This document shows, in pieces, positions 14,897 through 26,064 of a DNA stretch of 64,000 nucleotides. The stretch covers positions 1,178,001-1,242,000 of the forward strand of contig OZ237741.1 in NCBI GenBank assembly GCA_965178125.1, given 5' to 3'. The notes beneath the pieces are model-generated. The model saw only the letters and a program-made list of their open reading frames with translations. It had not been told where the DNA came from and did not search any database. Position numbers and translations under genes: made by a program. Position 1 is the first letter of the stretch. Each line of letters starts with the position of its first letter. This DNA comes from Bilabrum cf. latius (Eukaryota).

Positions 14897-17098
14897 ATGC
14901 GCCTAAGCATTGCAGTGCCAGCTTTATTTTGCCTTGCGCTCCGCGCTTACGGCGCAGCGCGGCCGATTCTGATGCTCCAGGTCGACGAAATGGATGCAAG
15001 ACTGCTCGACCCTTCTAGCCCTCTGTACCACCTAGTGGATCTTCCTAACCTGCGCCGCCTAGCCAGCGAAGGCGTCAACTTTGTTAATGCCATGTGCGAA
15101 AGCCCGCTTTGCGTACCCAGCCGGACAACCATGTGGACCGGCCGATTTACGCATCAGGTACGAGCCTGGTCGAACGTCGCCGGGATGAGCGTGGAGGTCG
15201 AAGACCAAACCAAGCCGGACCAAGGGTGCACATGTCTGCCTGGTTTCAACGAAAGCCGCTGCATTGCTCGCGGCGCGGCCCAGAACATCAACGGCACGAT
15301 CGCCCAGGCACTTGCGTCATCGACGGCTGGGTCCCTTTCCGTGAAGATGCTGGGCAAGATGGACATCGGGGGTGGCATGGGGGGAGGATTCCGTTGCGAT
15401 GGCGAAAAGACACTCGACCCAGCCGATAGCGAGCACGGGTTGCGCCGCCCAATCGCCACCGACACTATGTCACCCGATACGCACCGCACCCTCGACGGCC
15501 GTCCTGAAGAGGAGGCCGCAGCAGACCCCGCCCTGCCCCGCCAGTGCTCCGAGAAGGGAGGCCCCTCCTGCTACTACCCGGGGTGCGCCTACCACTCGTG
15601 GGCCCGGGCCGCCAACGTCAGCAAGGCCGTGTTCCGGCCCCCACTGGAGTGGATCGACTACAACTCGCCCAAGCCGGCCGAGTGGGACCAGGCCACCGTG
15701 GACAAGTGCGTGGAGTACCTCAATGCACAACCAAGAAAAGAAGGCGGAGGCGGCGGCCGTGACACGGACCCGGAGCCTTTCTTCCTGTACTGCAGCATCA
15801 ACGCCCCTCACCCGCCCATGTGGACGAACGCCACGTGGCTGAGGCAGGTGGCCCCCAGGGAGGTGGTCGACCAGGTGCTGCCCCGCCGACCCGCAGTCTC
15901 CGATCTGCACCCGTACGACTGGTACCAGTCCTTTTCGGAGGGCGTAGCGCAGGCGAATGTGAGCAGGGCGGACTTCGTCATGTACGTGAGGACGTACCTG
16001 GGCCGGGTGGCCATGGCAGACGCGATGATGGGCAGCGTGATGGACGCTCTGGAAGAGACCTGGGCCGCGGATTCGGCCCTCCGGCTCTTCGTTGCTGACC
16101 ACGGCGAGCTTAAGCTGCAGAAAGACCTGTGCGAGAAGATGTCGCCGTACGATGCCTCAGTCCGAGTTCCCTTCGTGGTGTCAGCGCCCAGGGACACCAC
16201 CGGGGCGAACTTGGGGTCATCGGGGTCATCGGCGGCTGCCCCGCCCCGCAACTCAACGGATATGCTGCCCGTGTCGCTGCTGGACATCTTTCCGACACTC
16301 TTCGACTTCGCCGCGGGCCGACAGGGGGCCGCACATGGTGCATACGAGGGGCTGGCGGGACAGAGCCTCGCGGGCTACCTTGGCCTCTCCCCCCCAAGTG
16401 AGGGAGAAAGGGAAGAAACAGGGTCGGTTGAGCAGGCAATGGAGTCCCCATGGCTGGAAGAGGCAGGGAACAGCCCTGCCGAGACGCTGGCGGCGTGGTC
16501 AGCTGGCGTGCGCAAGGGCGTGCAGGGCCGGGCCGTGGACCCTGGTGCCAGGGCATACCCGGACTGCCTGTCGGACGGTGTGCCCGCCGCGGAGCAGCGA
16601 GGCCTGCTGCCACTGCGCTGCAGTGCGATGCGCCAGTTGGGCCTGCAGCCACCGTATGACGCCCGGACGGGTCTCCGCACCTTTGTGACGTCCCAGTTTC
16701 ACGGCGAGGAGTCCAACACGGGTGCGTTCGTGGTGAGACAGGCCGACTGGAAGCTGATCCTGTACGGGCCCGCCCTGGGGTTCGAGGACTACCCCGAGCA
16801 GCTCTTCAACATGACGGCGGACCCAACCGAGAGCAACAACGTCGCGGGATCGAACCCCGCTGTGGTGGCGCACCTCACCGCCCTCTTGGAGAGCCAGTAC
16901 GACTGGAAGGCGGCTGACCTGGCGGCCAAGGAGGAGCAGCGGGAGAATTTCGTGGCGTGGGCGGAGGCCAAGGGGAGTGGGAACGGGACAGCGGGCACGG
17001 GCTGGCAGGGGGTGCTGGAGCAGTGCTACGATGGGCTGGACCAGGAGGACTTTGCTCGGTTCGAGGGGTGGATGCAAGGGAGCGGAAAGGGATGGTAA
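14897..17098 (+). CDS. Secreted sulfatase (arylsulfatase K / choline-sulfatase-like)
   Basis: Signal peptide, formylglycine motif CVPSRTTMWTG, GKMD, APHPP, ADHGE, KMSPYDASVRVP, and QLFNMTADPTESNNVA; ends TAA. Confidence 0.9.
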   Translation: MRLSIAVPALFCLALRAYGAARPILMLQVDEMDARLLDPSSPLYHLVDLPNLRRLASEGVNFVNAMCESPLCVPSRTTMWTGRFTHQVRAWSNVAGMSVEVEDQTKPDQGCTCLPGFNESRCIARGAAQNINGTIAQALASSTAGSLSVKMLGKMDIGGGMGGGFRCDGEKTLDPADSEHGLRRPIATDTMSPDTHRTLDGRPEEEAAADPALPRQCSEKGGPSCYYPGCAYHSWARAANVSKAVFRPPLEWIDYNSPKPAEWDQATVDKCVEYLNAQPRKEGGGGGRDTDPEPFFLYCSINAPHPPMWTNATWLRQVAPREVVDQVLPRRPAVSDLHPYDWYQSFSEGVAQANVSRADFVMYVRTYLGRVAMADAMMGSVMDALEETWAADSALRLFVADHGELKLQKDLCEKMSPYDASVRVPFVVSAPRDTTGANLGSSGSSAAAPPRNSTDMLPVSLLDIFPTLFDFAAGRQGAAHGAYEGLAGQSLAGYLGLSPPSEGEREETGSVEQAMESPWLEEAGNSPAETLAAWSAGVRKGVQGRAVDPGARAYPDCLSDGVPAAEQRGLLPLRCSAMRQLGLQPPYDARTGLRTFVTSQFHGEESNTGAFVVRQADWKLILYGPALGFEDYPEQLFNMTADPTESNNVAGSNPAVVAHLTALLESQYDWKAADLAAKEEQRENFVAWAEAKGSGNGTAGTGWQGVLEQCYDGLDQEDFARFEGWMQGSGKGW

Positions 17099-17205
17099 GG
17101 GGGCGGTAAGGCTGAAGGATAACGATTTGATCGAGTGCGTGTGAGTGTGAGGAGCAAGATGGGCCTTTCCGAACTACCCATGTCATGGATACACAATGTC
17201 CAGAG

Positions 17206-19540
17206 TCAGGCGGGTGACAGCACTAGTGCCACCACCCCATGCCCAGGCACCCTCGCGGCATAGCCCCCGGTCTGCGGCCCCAGGTCCTTCCCATTCCACA
17301 CGTCCCTCACGTCGAAGACGCTGCCCGCATCGAAGCCTCCGCTGCCTGCCAGACCAGCTCCTGCATCGTCCTCCACCATCCCCACTCCCTCCGCCCTCGC
17401 ACGGTCCTCGTAGGTGGGTGCCCGCGCGCTGGGCAAGTCCGACCATTTGGCGGCCACCTGCTCCTCGTTGGCCGCTCGGTTCACCAGCAGCACCACGTAC
17501 TTGCCCCCAGCCAGCGGACCCGCCCATACCTCAAGGTTGCCCGATCGCGAGGCCTCCACGCAAAAGCTCCCGCCAGTTGTGACGTGCCCCACGTTGTCGT
17601 CGTCGATGATGTCCGTGGCCGTGATGTGCAGGGAGGACCCACTCGGCGCAGAAGGGTCGAACGTGTACTCGGTGGGCGACCCTCCCAGCAGCCAGCGGGT
17701 GTGAGGCAGCGGGCCCGAGGAACCGAACTGCTCGTTGGGTGCCAGGTAAGGGTTCCTGGACGCATGAGACTTGAGCGTGTAATTTCCCAGTCCGCCGGCC
17801 GGCCCCCCGCTCTGCTCCAGCACGAACAGCAGCCCTGTGTCCTACTCGGCCTAGGATGGATCGCATCCTACGAGCCCTGCCCATTGAGACTCCACGTGCG
17901 CGCACAGAGCAGGCGCATCCGAGGTAGGCTCGGGGTTCTCCGTCCAGATGAGCCCGCCCGTCACCGGCTGCAGGGAGAGACAGACGCCCTCAGGGACGTG
18001 CTGCTGCCCCCCTCCCGCCGCGCGCACCAGCCCCGTGTCGCTCGAGTAGGAGAACTGCTGGTTCGCGTCTTGGTCCCCGCCCGTCTTGCAGCTGCCATCG
18101 AATACCAGAGGCCCGTGGAAGTCGTATATGTCCAGGCAGTGGCCCGTGCTTCCCAGCTGCATGTGCTGCACGGGTCCAGCCACCTGCAGGTGCCAGTTCT
18201 AGGTTGCGCTCGATGCGTCGCAGGCCTTGGCGCCCAGCTGGTACCCGCTTGCAGTGGCGGCATCGATGCATTCCCCGCTGCCTCGGTTCTTCAGGTGACT
18301 GAAAGTGCCCGTGGACACGCCGTCAAACTGCTACTTTGGGTCGTTGGCGTCGCAGGGGGCGATCTGGAGGTACGAGGCGTTGGAGGAGGCGGTGTAGTGC
18401 CAGCGCTGCAGCGGCTGGGAGCTGTTGCACTTGGCCAGCAGAACCACGCCATCCGATGAATCGGGCACGATGGTGGTGTTGCTGGGCGCGAAGGAAGCGA
18501 CTCTGCGCGCCTGTATGCCCAGAGAGTCCTGGTTCGCGTCCATGAGGTCTTGCTGCATGACGAGGTCAATTGTGGGCTGGGTCATGGAGGGCAGCACGTT
18601 GCCCATAAACATGAGGGATTTCTGGGCGGCGAACAGGGAAAAGTGCGTGCGCGCCTGGATGGTGCCTCGGTCCGTGGGGTCTGCGGTCGGAACAAAGTCG
18701 CCTCTTCCGACCTGTATGAAGTCCAGCCAGTTCCAGAAAGAACCAGAGCCCGTGTCGTTGTGCGCGTACGGCCACAGACCAGAGCCAATGTCCACCAGGG
18801 TCATGGCCGACAGCCACGAAGGCGTGATGTCGTGGCCAACCCTGCGCGAGTTGCCAAACTCCCCCGTGTACACCACGGTGATGTCCGGCTGCCCCTCAAA
18901 GGCGAGGCTGATGGATCCACCCACCCGGTCGAGGGCCATCTGCATGCGCCTGTAGTCGTCCTCAGTGTCGTCCGGCAGGCCGGTGCACGAGCTGCAGCTG
19001 TCGTCTTTCAGGAAATCAACGCCCTGCACAAATGACGGTGGGTACAACTTGGCTGTTTTACAAGTGGTACAGGGCCACATTTCGGAAGCGTACGACATGA
19101 TGCGAGAGCGTGCTACTCACGATTGAAGCGTAGTAGGCGGCATCGACAAGCTCATGAAGGCAGCTAGCCGCGAAGCCTTGGCAGGTGTGATCACCCCTCG
19201 CGGTGTAGATCCCGAAGCTCATGTTGTTTTTCTCCTTGATGTGCGAAATGACAGCCTCCATGCCGCCATTCGGAAACCTTACAGGGTCTGGGATCTGTCG
19301 CCCCACGCCGTTGTCTGTCCTATTGTGCAGCATCCAGCAGTCGTCCACATGTAGGATCGTGTACACTTTGCTTAGGCCTGTCTGAACCATGATGTCGCTC
19401 GCGTTGGTTAGGTCGTCGCCAGTCACCGAGCAGCCGAAGCTGGTCCAGCTGCTCCACCCCGTGGGCGGGGTTTGGGCGACGCCAGACGTTGCGTACGCAC
19501 CAGTCGCGAAACCTATAAGCGCAGAAAGGATCTACTTCAT
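17206..19540 (-). CDS. GH27 alpha-galactosidase/melibiase with inserted ricin-B-type lectin repeats; intron 19024-19120
   Basis: QTPPTGWSSW, VDDCW, FGIYTARG, GVDFLKDDSC, RRVGHDI and NQDSLGIQA; QxW/F lectin repeats; C-terminal VRDVW...VPGHGV. TAG at 19532, 18331, 18199, 17851 and 17842; ends TGA. Confidence 0.9.
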
Positions 19541-20426
19541 GAGATCAGTCTGAATGCAGCCTCAGAACTCCCATGAAGTCGAACCGCTAGATCTACCGAT
19601 TCAAGTTGCACGCAACTTCAACTTGAAGTTGAACCGTCGGCGTTCTGGCAGCCGGCGTATGCTAAACCTAGCGGTAGTGACATGGTCTGGCGAACTTATG
19701 AAATTAATCGAGTATTGGCCACTGCCTCGCCATCCCATCATCCGTGGCACGCCTTCGCAGTACCCAGCCGTGGGGAGCAGCGGAGCAAGCCTCCGTGAGC
19801 TGCGGATCGCACGAGCCACCCGTGTCGTGGATCAACTGAGACAAGCAGACTGCTACGATTCCATCGAGCGACCCGCCGCGTTCATATTCAACTGCATGTC
19901 TTCGCCACAAGGTCCCCAGCAGGCCACACTGCAGCGAGCACCTGCCAACAGCTGCACCACCGCACCCGCTGCTCACACGGACAGATTGGGCTCAGCAGGC
20001 TGCGTCATTTCAAAAGTGGGGTTGTATGTCGTGGGCATGCCCTCGTGAGGCAGGCTCACCAACTTCCCTGTCCACTCGAATGGAGGCAGCGTGTTGCCGA
20101 TAGCTGAGGGTCCGCTGGTCGCTCATGCCTTGCGCTCGCAGATCAGGTTGAAGGTGCCAGTGGTGATCTTGCCGTCGTAGCAACCGTCCGCCAACCTCGT
20201 CAGGTCCCAACGGCTGCAGATGGCGCCCATGGCGAGCCCCTGGAAACCGGGGGACCACCTTGTAGTGGTTCTCGCGCATGATCCACTTCATCAGTGACTG
20301 TGTGCCCTCGATGTCGTCCAGCACAGCGTAGTCCCTGCGCGGGGGGCGGCCTGGCAGCCGAGCTGCGCGAGGTTCTTGAGAGAGCTGGGGTGACCGCCCG
20401 CCTTCTTGGCCCAGTATGTGCGGTGC

Positions 20427-20560
20427 GGGCGGAGGCCGAGGGGAGCGGGAACGGGACAGCGGGCACGGGCTGGCAGGGGGTGCTGGAGCAGTGCTACGAT
20501 GGGCTGGACCAGGAGGACTTTGCTCGGTTCGAGGGGTGGATGCAAGGGACCGGAAAGGGA
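20427..20560 (+). repeat. 134-bp direct copy of the sulfatase 3' end (16959-17092)
   Basis: Near-identical sequence (3 mismatches by eye), offset 3468 bp. Confidence 0.92.
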
Positions 20561-20682
20561 CGGTACCTGGCGTCTGCAGTGCATCTATTGGTTTCAGGTG
20601 GCTACAATAGCACCCAACACTTCCGGAATAACGCAAAGGGCAATTCTTCCGAACTTGGTTGGCACTGGTTATCCGCAAGAAC

Positions 20683-22203
20683 ATGGAGTTTGTACAGTCT
20701 GCAGCCAGCACAGTATCAAGGTTGTCATATTTTGAACAAGGCCTGCTAGTTGCTGGTACGCTAGCTGTCGCGTATGTTGCATGGTACGTCCATGGCTACG
20801 CTACCAAGTCGATCTTTGCGGCCCCGAAGTCAGCCAAGCCGCAGCCTACCCATGGCGTGCATCGGACCGGCAAATCGAAGGTGCTTTTGTTCGGAGGAAC
20901 AGAGTTCAGGGGTCTCGTTGACGGGGGATCCCCGTTCGTGGGCAAAGTATCTGGATTTTTGCGAGCTGCTGGGATCTCCCATGTGCACCGGCCTTGTAAC
21001 CTCATGAAGGCCCCCAAAGGCAAGGTGAGCCATTTGCCAGATGCATGACATATAAATTGTACCTTTATTATTGCAGTTCGTGTCCCTTGTTCATTCATCA
21101 TGGCCAGAATCGCAGATGCCATATCTAGTCCACAAGTGCGCCGATCCGGCTAAAGAGAACAAAGACGTTGTCGTTGCTGACTCGACCTTTATGATTTCGT
21201 ATCTGATCCGTACGTTTGGCGCTGCTTCCAAAGGGGCCACGGTGAGAGCGTGTCTGCTGGCAGCTGCGAGACCCCCCCCGATTCCCATGTGCACCGCCGT
21301 GGCCCTGCCAATGTGCGCGAACATCAAGCATGAGAAACAGATTGCGTTCCACGCATTGCGCTCTCCATACCGTCGCAATAATTTAACTACCCACCGCCTC
21401 TGCAGACTGGCAACGTGCTGCGGATGGGGAAAATGCTCCTCGCACCGCGGGACCCGGTCACCGGTCTCACGAACGCCCGCCTGGCCGACCTCGCCATTGA
21501 GAGCGGCGAGGCGCCCGACGGATACCCGAGCTCGCGCGAGTGGGCCTCCGCCTTCAACATCCGCCGCATGTGCGAAGAGGCGCTCTACTTCACCGTGATC
21601 CCCGCGCGGTGGGTCTGGGACGACGACAACTTCAGGCTCGTGTGCGCCGAGGCGTTCCAGGGGATCCCCGCCCCGGTGCGGGTCATCCTCGAGCCGTGGA
21701 TCCGGGGCCAGGTGGCTGCTTCCGTCAGGGCCCAGGGCATCGCTCGGCACTCTCGAAGTGAGGTGGAGTCGATGGCCAAGGAGATGATCGACGCTGTCGA
21801 GGCGCACCTGTCCGACGGGAGAGCGTTCCTGACGGGAGCGCACCTCACGGACGAGGACATGGCCGTGTTCCACTTTCTCGAGGGGCAGTTCCGGACCGCC
21901 TGCAGGCACGCTCCCAAGCAGCACATCCTGCAGCACTGCCCGCTGATCGTGGCTTACACGGACCGCATCCGGCAGGAGGTGTATCCCGAGGAGGCCAAGG
22001 CAGCGCCTGACATGAGCTAGACAGGCCCTGCCGAGTGCATCCCCATGGCCATCGCGGCGCACGCGCGGAGGCAGAAGCAGAAGGACCCCAACCTCGTCGC
22101 TAGGTTCGAGGGGGCGCTGGCCCCGCTGCCGGATGGTGACTCAGAGGGGGAGGGGGGCCAAGCAGGAGCCGAGAGCCGCAGTGCCGAGGCCAAAGACGAC
22201 TGA
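20683..22203 (+). CDS. GST-like metaxin / failed-axon-connections (FAXC) family protein; introns 21025-21115 and 21242-21405
   Basis: N-terminal TM, SPFVGKVSGFLRAAGI, APKGK|MPY, VADSTFMISYL, RRMCEEALYF, GIARHS and FLTGAHLTDED; reads through TAG 22018 to TGA 22201. Confidence 0.85.
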
Positions 22204-22384
22204 ATGGATCCGATTGATTCAAACCCGGGCTGTTGCTCCAGCCTAGAATGCCCAGTTGCTTGCTACCGGTTGCAGACTGCCTTGAATCACCTACTTGCAT
22301 GAGCCTCTTTTGCTTCGCTAGTCCTCCATGCGACCCACTGGCAAGAGGAGGTGAGCACGAGCACCAACAACAACACGCCCCTGC

Positions 22385-25228
22385 TCAGCCCAGCATGCGC
22401 CGGATCGCGCGCGGTTTCCTGCCAGTCTGCAGCACGCTCGCGTCCCAGCGACCTTCTCCTCCAGTCGTCACGGTGCTGTTGGTGCTTGGCCCGGCCGCGA
22501 CAGCGTTGCAGCCAGATGCTTCGGACCCCTCGGGCCTCGGGTCGAAGCTCCCGTCCGGCCGGAAGGCGCCGCAGTGCTCGCCTTTCCACGCCCGCTCGGC
22601 CATATCAATCAACGCGTCCTCCTGCGCTACCTGCTCTTCCACACTTGCTTCGCTCGCCCGAGCAAGCGCTTCGCTCACCAGAGCGAGGGCATGTGCCACC
22701 GGCCAGTGAACGGACCTGTACTTGGCCTCCTTGACGGCCTCGGGCACCAGCACCCGCGGGTCTGGCCTGTCAACCTTGCTTGCTCCGTTGCCTTTGGTTT
22801 TCCCTGTATCGAATTCTTCTCCCAGCCAAGTCCCCTTGCCCTGCGGCCGGTACACCTGGTACGAGAGGCCCTCTGCTGCCGCGCCTATATCGCTAAAGTA
22901 TCCGTTAGGCAGCTGGTAGTTCTGGACCTCGATCGCAGCGGAACCGGTGCCGCGCATCCACAGCATGTTGGACAGCTCGTTCCCGTGCACGGTCACCAGC
23001 ACGTCGGCCGCCCTCATAAGCCGCACCTGCTCGTGGAAATCGAATCGGCCCAGGGTGCTGAGCCTCACGTCGAGCACCACGGGCTGCAGCCGAGTGCGCG
23101 GGCCCTCTCCTTTGGCCTTCCCTGCCTTGAGGATCGCCTCTGCTCGATTTCTGGCAGCCAACAGCTGTGACTGCGTCCCTCGATCGTCTCCCTGTGTCTC
23201 GTTGGCAAGGGACCAGGGCACGCGGGTGGGCAGGACGAGATCCTCGGGGGGAATGCCCAGCACTGCACCGAGAGTCTGGTGCAGATTGCTCTGGGACCTG
23301 CGGAGGACCGTGCGGTATAGCCACAGCACACGGATTACTCGAGGAGGCGGCAGTCCACCTGAAAACCCATCAGTTGCAGGTACTTTCATTCCAGCAGCAT
23401 TCCCACTAGCTTGCTCTCCCCACTGCTGCAGCCCATCCGGCCCCATCCAGGCGGGCACCGCAACATTTAACGCGTCCGTGTTCCCCACCGGCCCGGTGCT
23501 GCCCCCCCTAGGAACCGCCCATACCCTAGACCGGAACAAGGATTCCAGCTCCGGGTCCATCCCGGGCACGAACCCGCCAGCCGCCAGGGCCTTCCAGCCC
23601 CCCCGCCTCGTGTCCTCCAGCACGCGCACTGGTGCTGCCGCAGCTTTGCGCCACGCAGCCAGACGGGCCACGGCCATTGTGCGCCTCCTGATTTGAATCG
23701 GAGCATACGGAATGGGAACCGCCGGCGGCATCCCGAAGTGCGTCCGGCCCAGGCACAGCACGCCCCTGTCAGCCTCGTCGGGGTCGCCCTAGTATGCTCC
23801 CCCGTCAGCGCACAGATCGCCGTGCGTCTAGTCTGTCCACAGCGGGGTGCCCGGTTCCACAACCGCCAAATGTCGGGCGACGAATAGGTCCTTCACGAGT
23901 TTCTCTGGTGGCTTGCCCCAGCGATTCTCGGCTATGGATGACGCCCCAGTCGTCTGGGTGTGCAGCTCCTGCTGGTGCTGGTGCTGGTGCTGGTGCTGGT
24001 GCTGGGGGGCAACGGTCACCAAGCCATCCGGCCAGACCTGGAATTCGGTCAGGATCACCGTGTGTTCCCCGAATCCATCCGCCGGCCACATCGTTCTCGC
24101 ACTCGTACCGGCATTGGCCGAGACTGGGAGAAGCGCCGGGAGGTGGGCGAGGACCAGCGGCCTGGGGGCTCCTAGATTGAGCCAGTGGTCGAGTGCGGGC
24201 AGGTATCCGTTGGGCAGCCAGTGGGCGAGGTGCTGGCCCTCGAACATCTTGACCGCCAGAACAGTGGCGCCTGTTAGGTCTTGCCTGGGCCTGGGCTCGG
24301 GTTCGTACCCAAGGGCCTACCTCCTTGGCTGGCCCTTTCCAACGTGGTGACCCGTCGGTTTCCTGCCTGCCGCTGGCCCCGGTAGGAGCGCAGCCGTCGT
24401 GGGCTGGTAGTTGCGTATACCCGCTGGCATGTCACGATAGAGTGCTGCCACCTGCAGGCCCAGCCGGAACCCAGTGGGGGTTGCCTGGGCCCATGCAGGG
24501 ACCGGGGCGCTGGGGCCGAGCAGGCCAACATCCACTTGCTCCATGGGCATGGGATGTTCGCGCTGCTTTCGCACTCCGATTGCAACCGAGGAGTGAAAGG
24601 TGCACAGCATGTCCGGTGGCTCTCCAAGCGTGATGCTGTCCTCCGCGCGCTGGTCGCCGTCAACCGTGTTTGCGAGTGCCGCGCACAGCGGCAAAGGCGC
24701 TCTAGTGGAGCCTTTCATCTCGCGCAGGGTTTTCACAGATACGTCTTCCAGCCTTGATGCAGCAGCGAGATGGTGCATCGAGTGATCCCAAAGTGCGCCG
24801 GGGCCCATCAATCTTGGCTTGTCTTTGGTAGCACTATCGCTGTCGCCAGATTCACGCTTTGGCTGCACAAGCAACGTGACCACCTCCCCATCGTACTATG
24901 TGCCCCTAATGGCCGGCCTTGTTTCTCCTTCCAGCTCCTTAAGCACTGGCAGGCGAGCCAGTACGACATGCTGTCCGACTGTGCTTGGCCTTGGCATCCC
25001 ACTGGCACGGAAATCTGCATTAGATTCTGATTGCTAATCCTGTAGTGATAATGCTGATTCATATGCAATCGACCAAAGCCACGGCAGCAACACTAGCGCC
25101 TGGTACACGCACAGCAGAGCCATCAATATGCTCAGCATTGTAGTCCACGGGTTCACTGCGTACCGCGTAGGGTCCCATCCGCACTGCAAGCCCCGCACCA
25201 ATCGTCCTGTGCGATGCCTCTCTGACAT
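22385..25228 (-). CDS. Type II membrane glycosyltransferase, GT61 (DUF563)-like
   Basis: N-terminal TM, HLAHWL, and C-terminal FHEQVRLMRAADVLVTVHGNELSNMLWM...AAIEV. Frame continuous across TAG 25034, 24896, 24317, 23828 and 23789; ends TGA. Start inferred. Confidence 0.78.
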
Positions 25229-25398
25229 AGGGGCCTCGCGGCCCGGAAATCTAGCTTCCACAGCAGGTTCAGCCCAAATGTTCACTTTGTCCGGAACCCG
25301 GAAGAAAAGGAGAACCAATAATGGAAGAACCGGGCCTTTAGAGATCTACAAGCAAACAGACCAGCTATTCTGCCTCCACTTTGATTTTGCAAAGAGCC

Positions 25399-25992
25399 AT
25401 GGATGCTGTGTTTGCCTCCATGATTGAATCGTAGCCGAGACAATCGAAACCAAAGGATAGCAAGGCATAGAAAAAGAAGAAGAAAAAGTCCAAGAAATCG
25501 CAGAAAATAGCCGGGAGCAAGCGACCAAGGGGTGCTGATAGCAGTGATGAAATGGTTGCTGCTTTGCGTAGCGACGGAAACGAAACTTCAGGGGGGGTAG
25601 CATCGCGCAGTGGCAGTGCCGGCGATTCCGCGAGCAGTTCGCCTGCATAGCCAACTGCGAAGAAAAGGTCCAAGGCAGTAGCAGCAGCAGCCGCAAAATA
25701 GGATATTGATATGCTTCTCCAAGTATCTAGGGCAAAGAAACGGCGAAAAGAGCATGCTGCCAGGGTTGCAGCCAAGGAAGGCAAAGCGGTGGCAGAGGCG
25801 AAAGATGATTTGAGGAAACGGCTTGAAGAGTTAGAGCGCAAGCATATTGCGCTCAACGGGGGATCAGATCCATCAGAACCTAAGCCAGTGCGAACGGAGG
25901 ATGGTTTGCCTATCTATACGGTGGATAGCTTGAGCATCGGCAAGGGCGGTGGCACGCCACAGTGCCCTTTCGACTGCTCCTGTTGCTTCTGA
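25399..25992 (+). CDS. DUF1764-family Lys-rich protein
   Basis: C-terminus RTEDGLPIYT...GKGGGTPQCPFDCSCCF; four in-frame TAGs upstream of the listed ORF; ends TGA. Confidence 0.85.
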
Positions 25993-26064
25993 TTTTCGCT
26001 GCTTGTTTCGGTAATTAGGCAAAATCATGTTGAATCTGGTTGTAATCATGTAAGCCGGGGTTAG

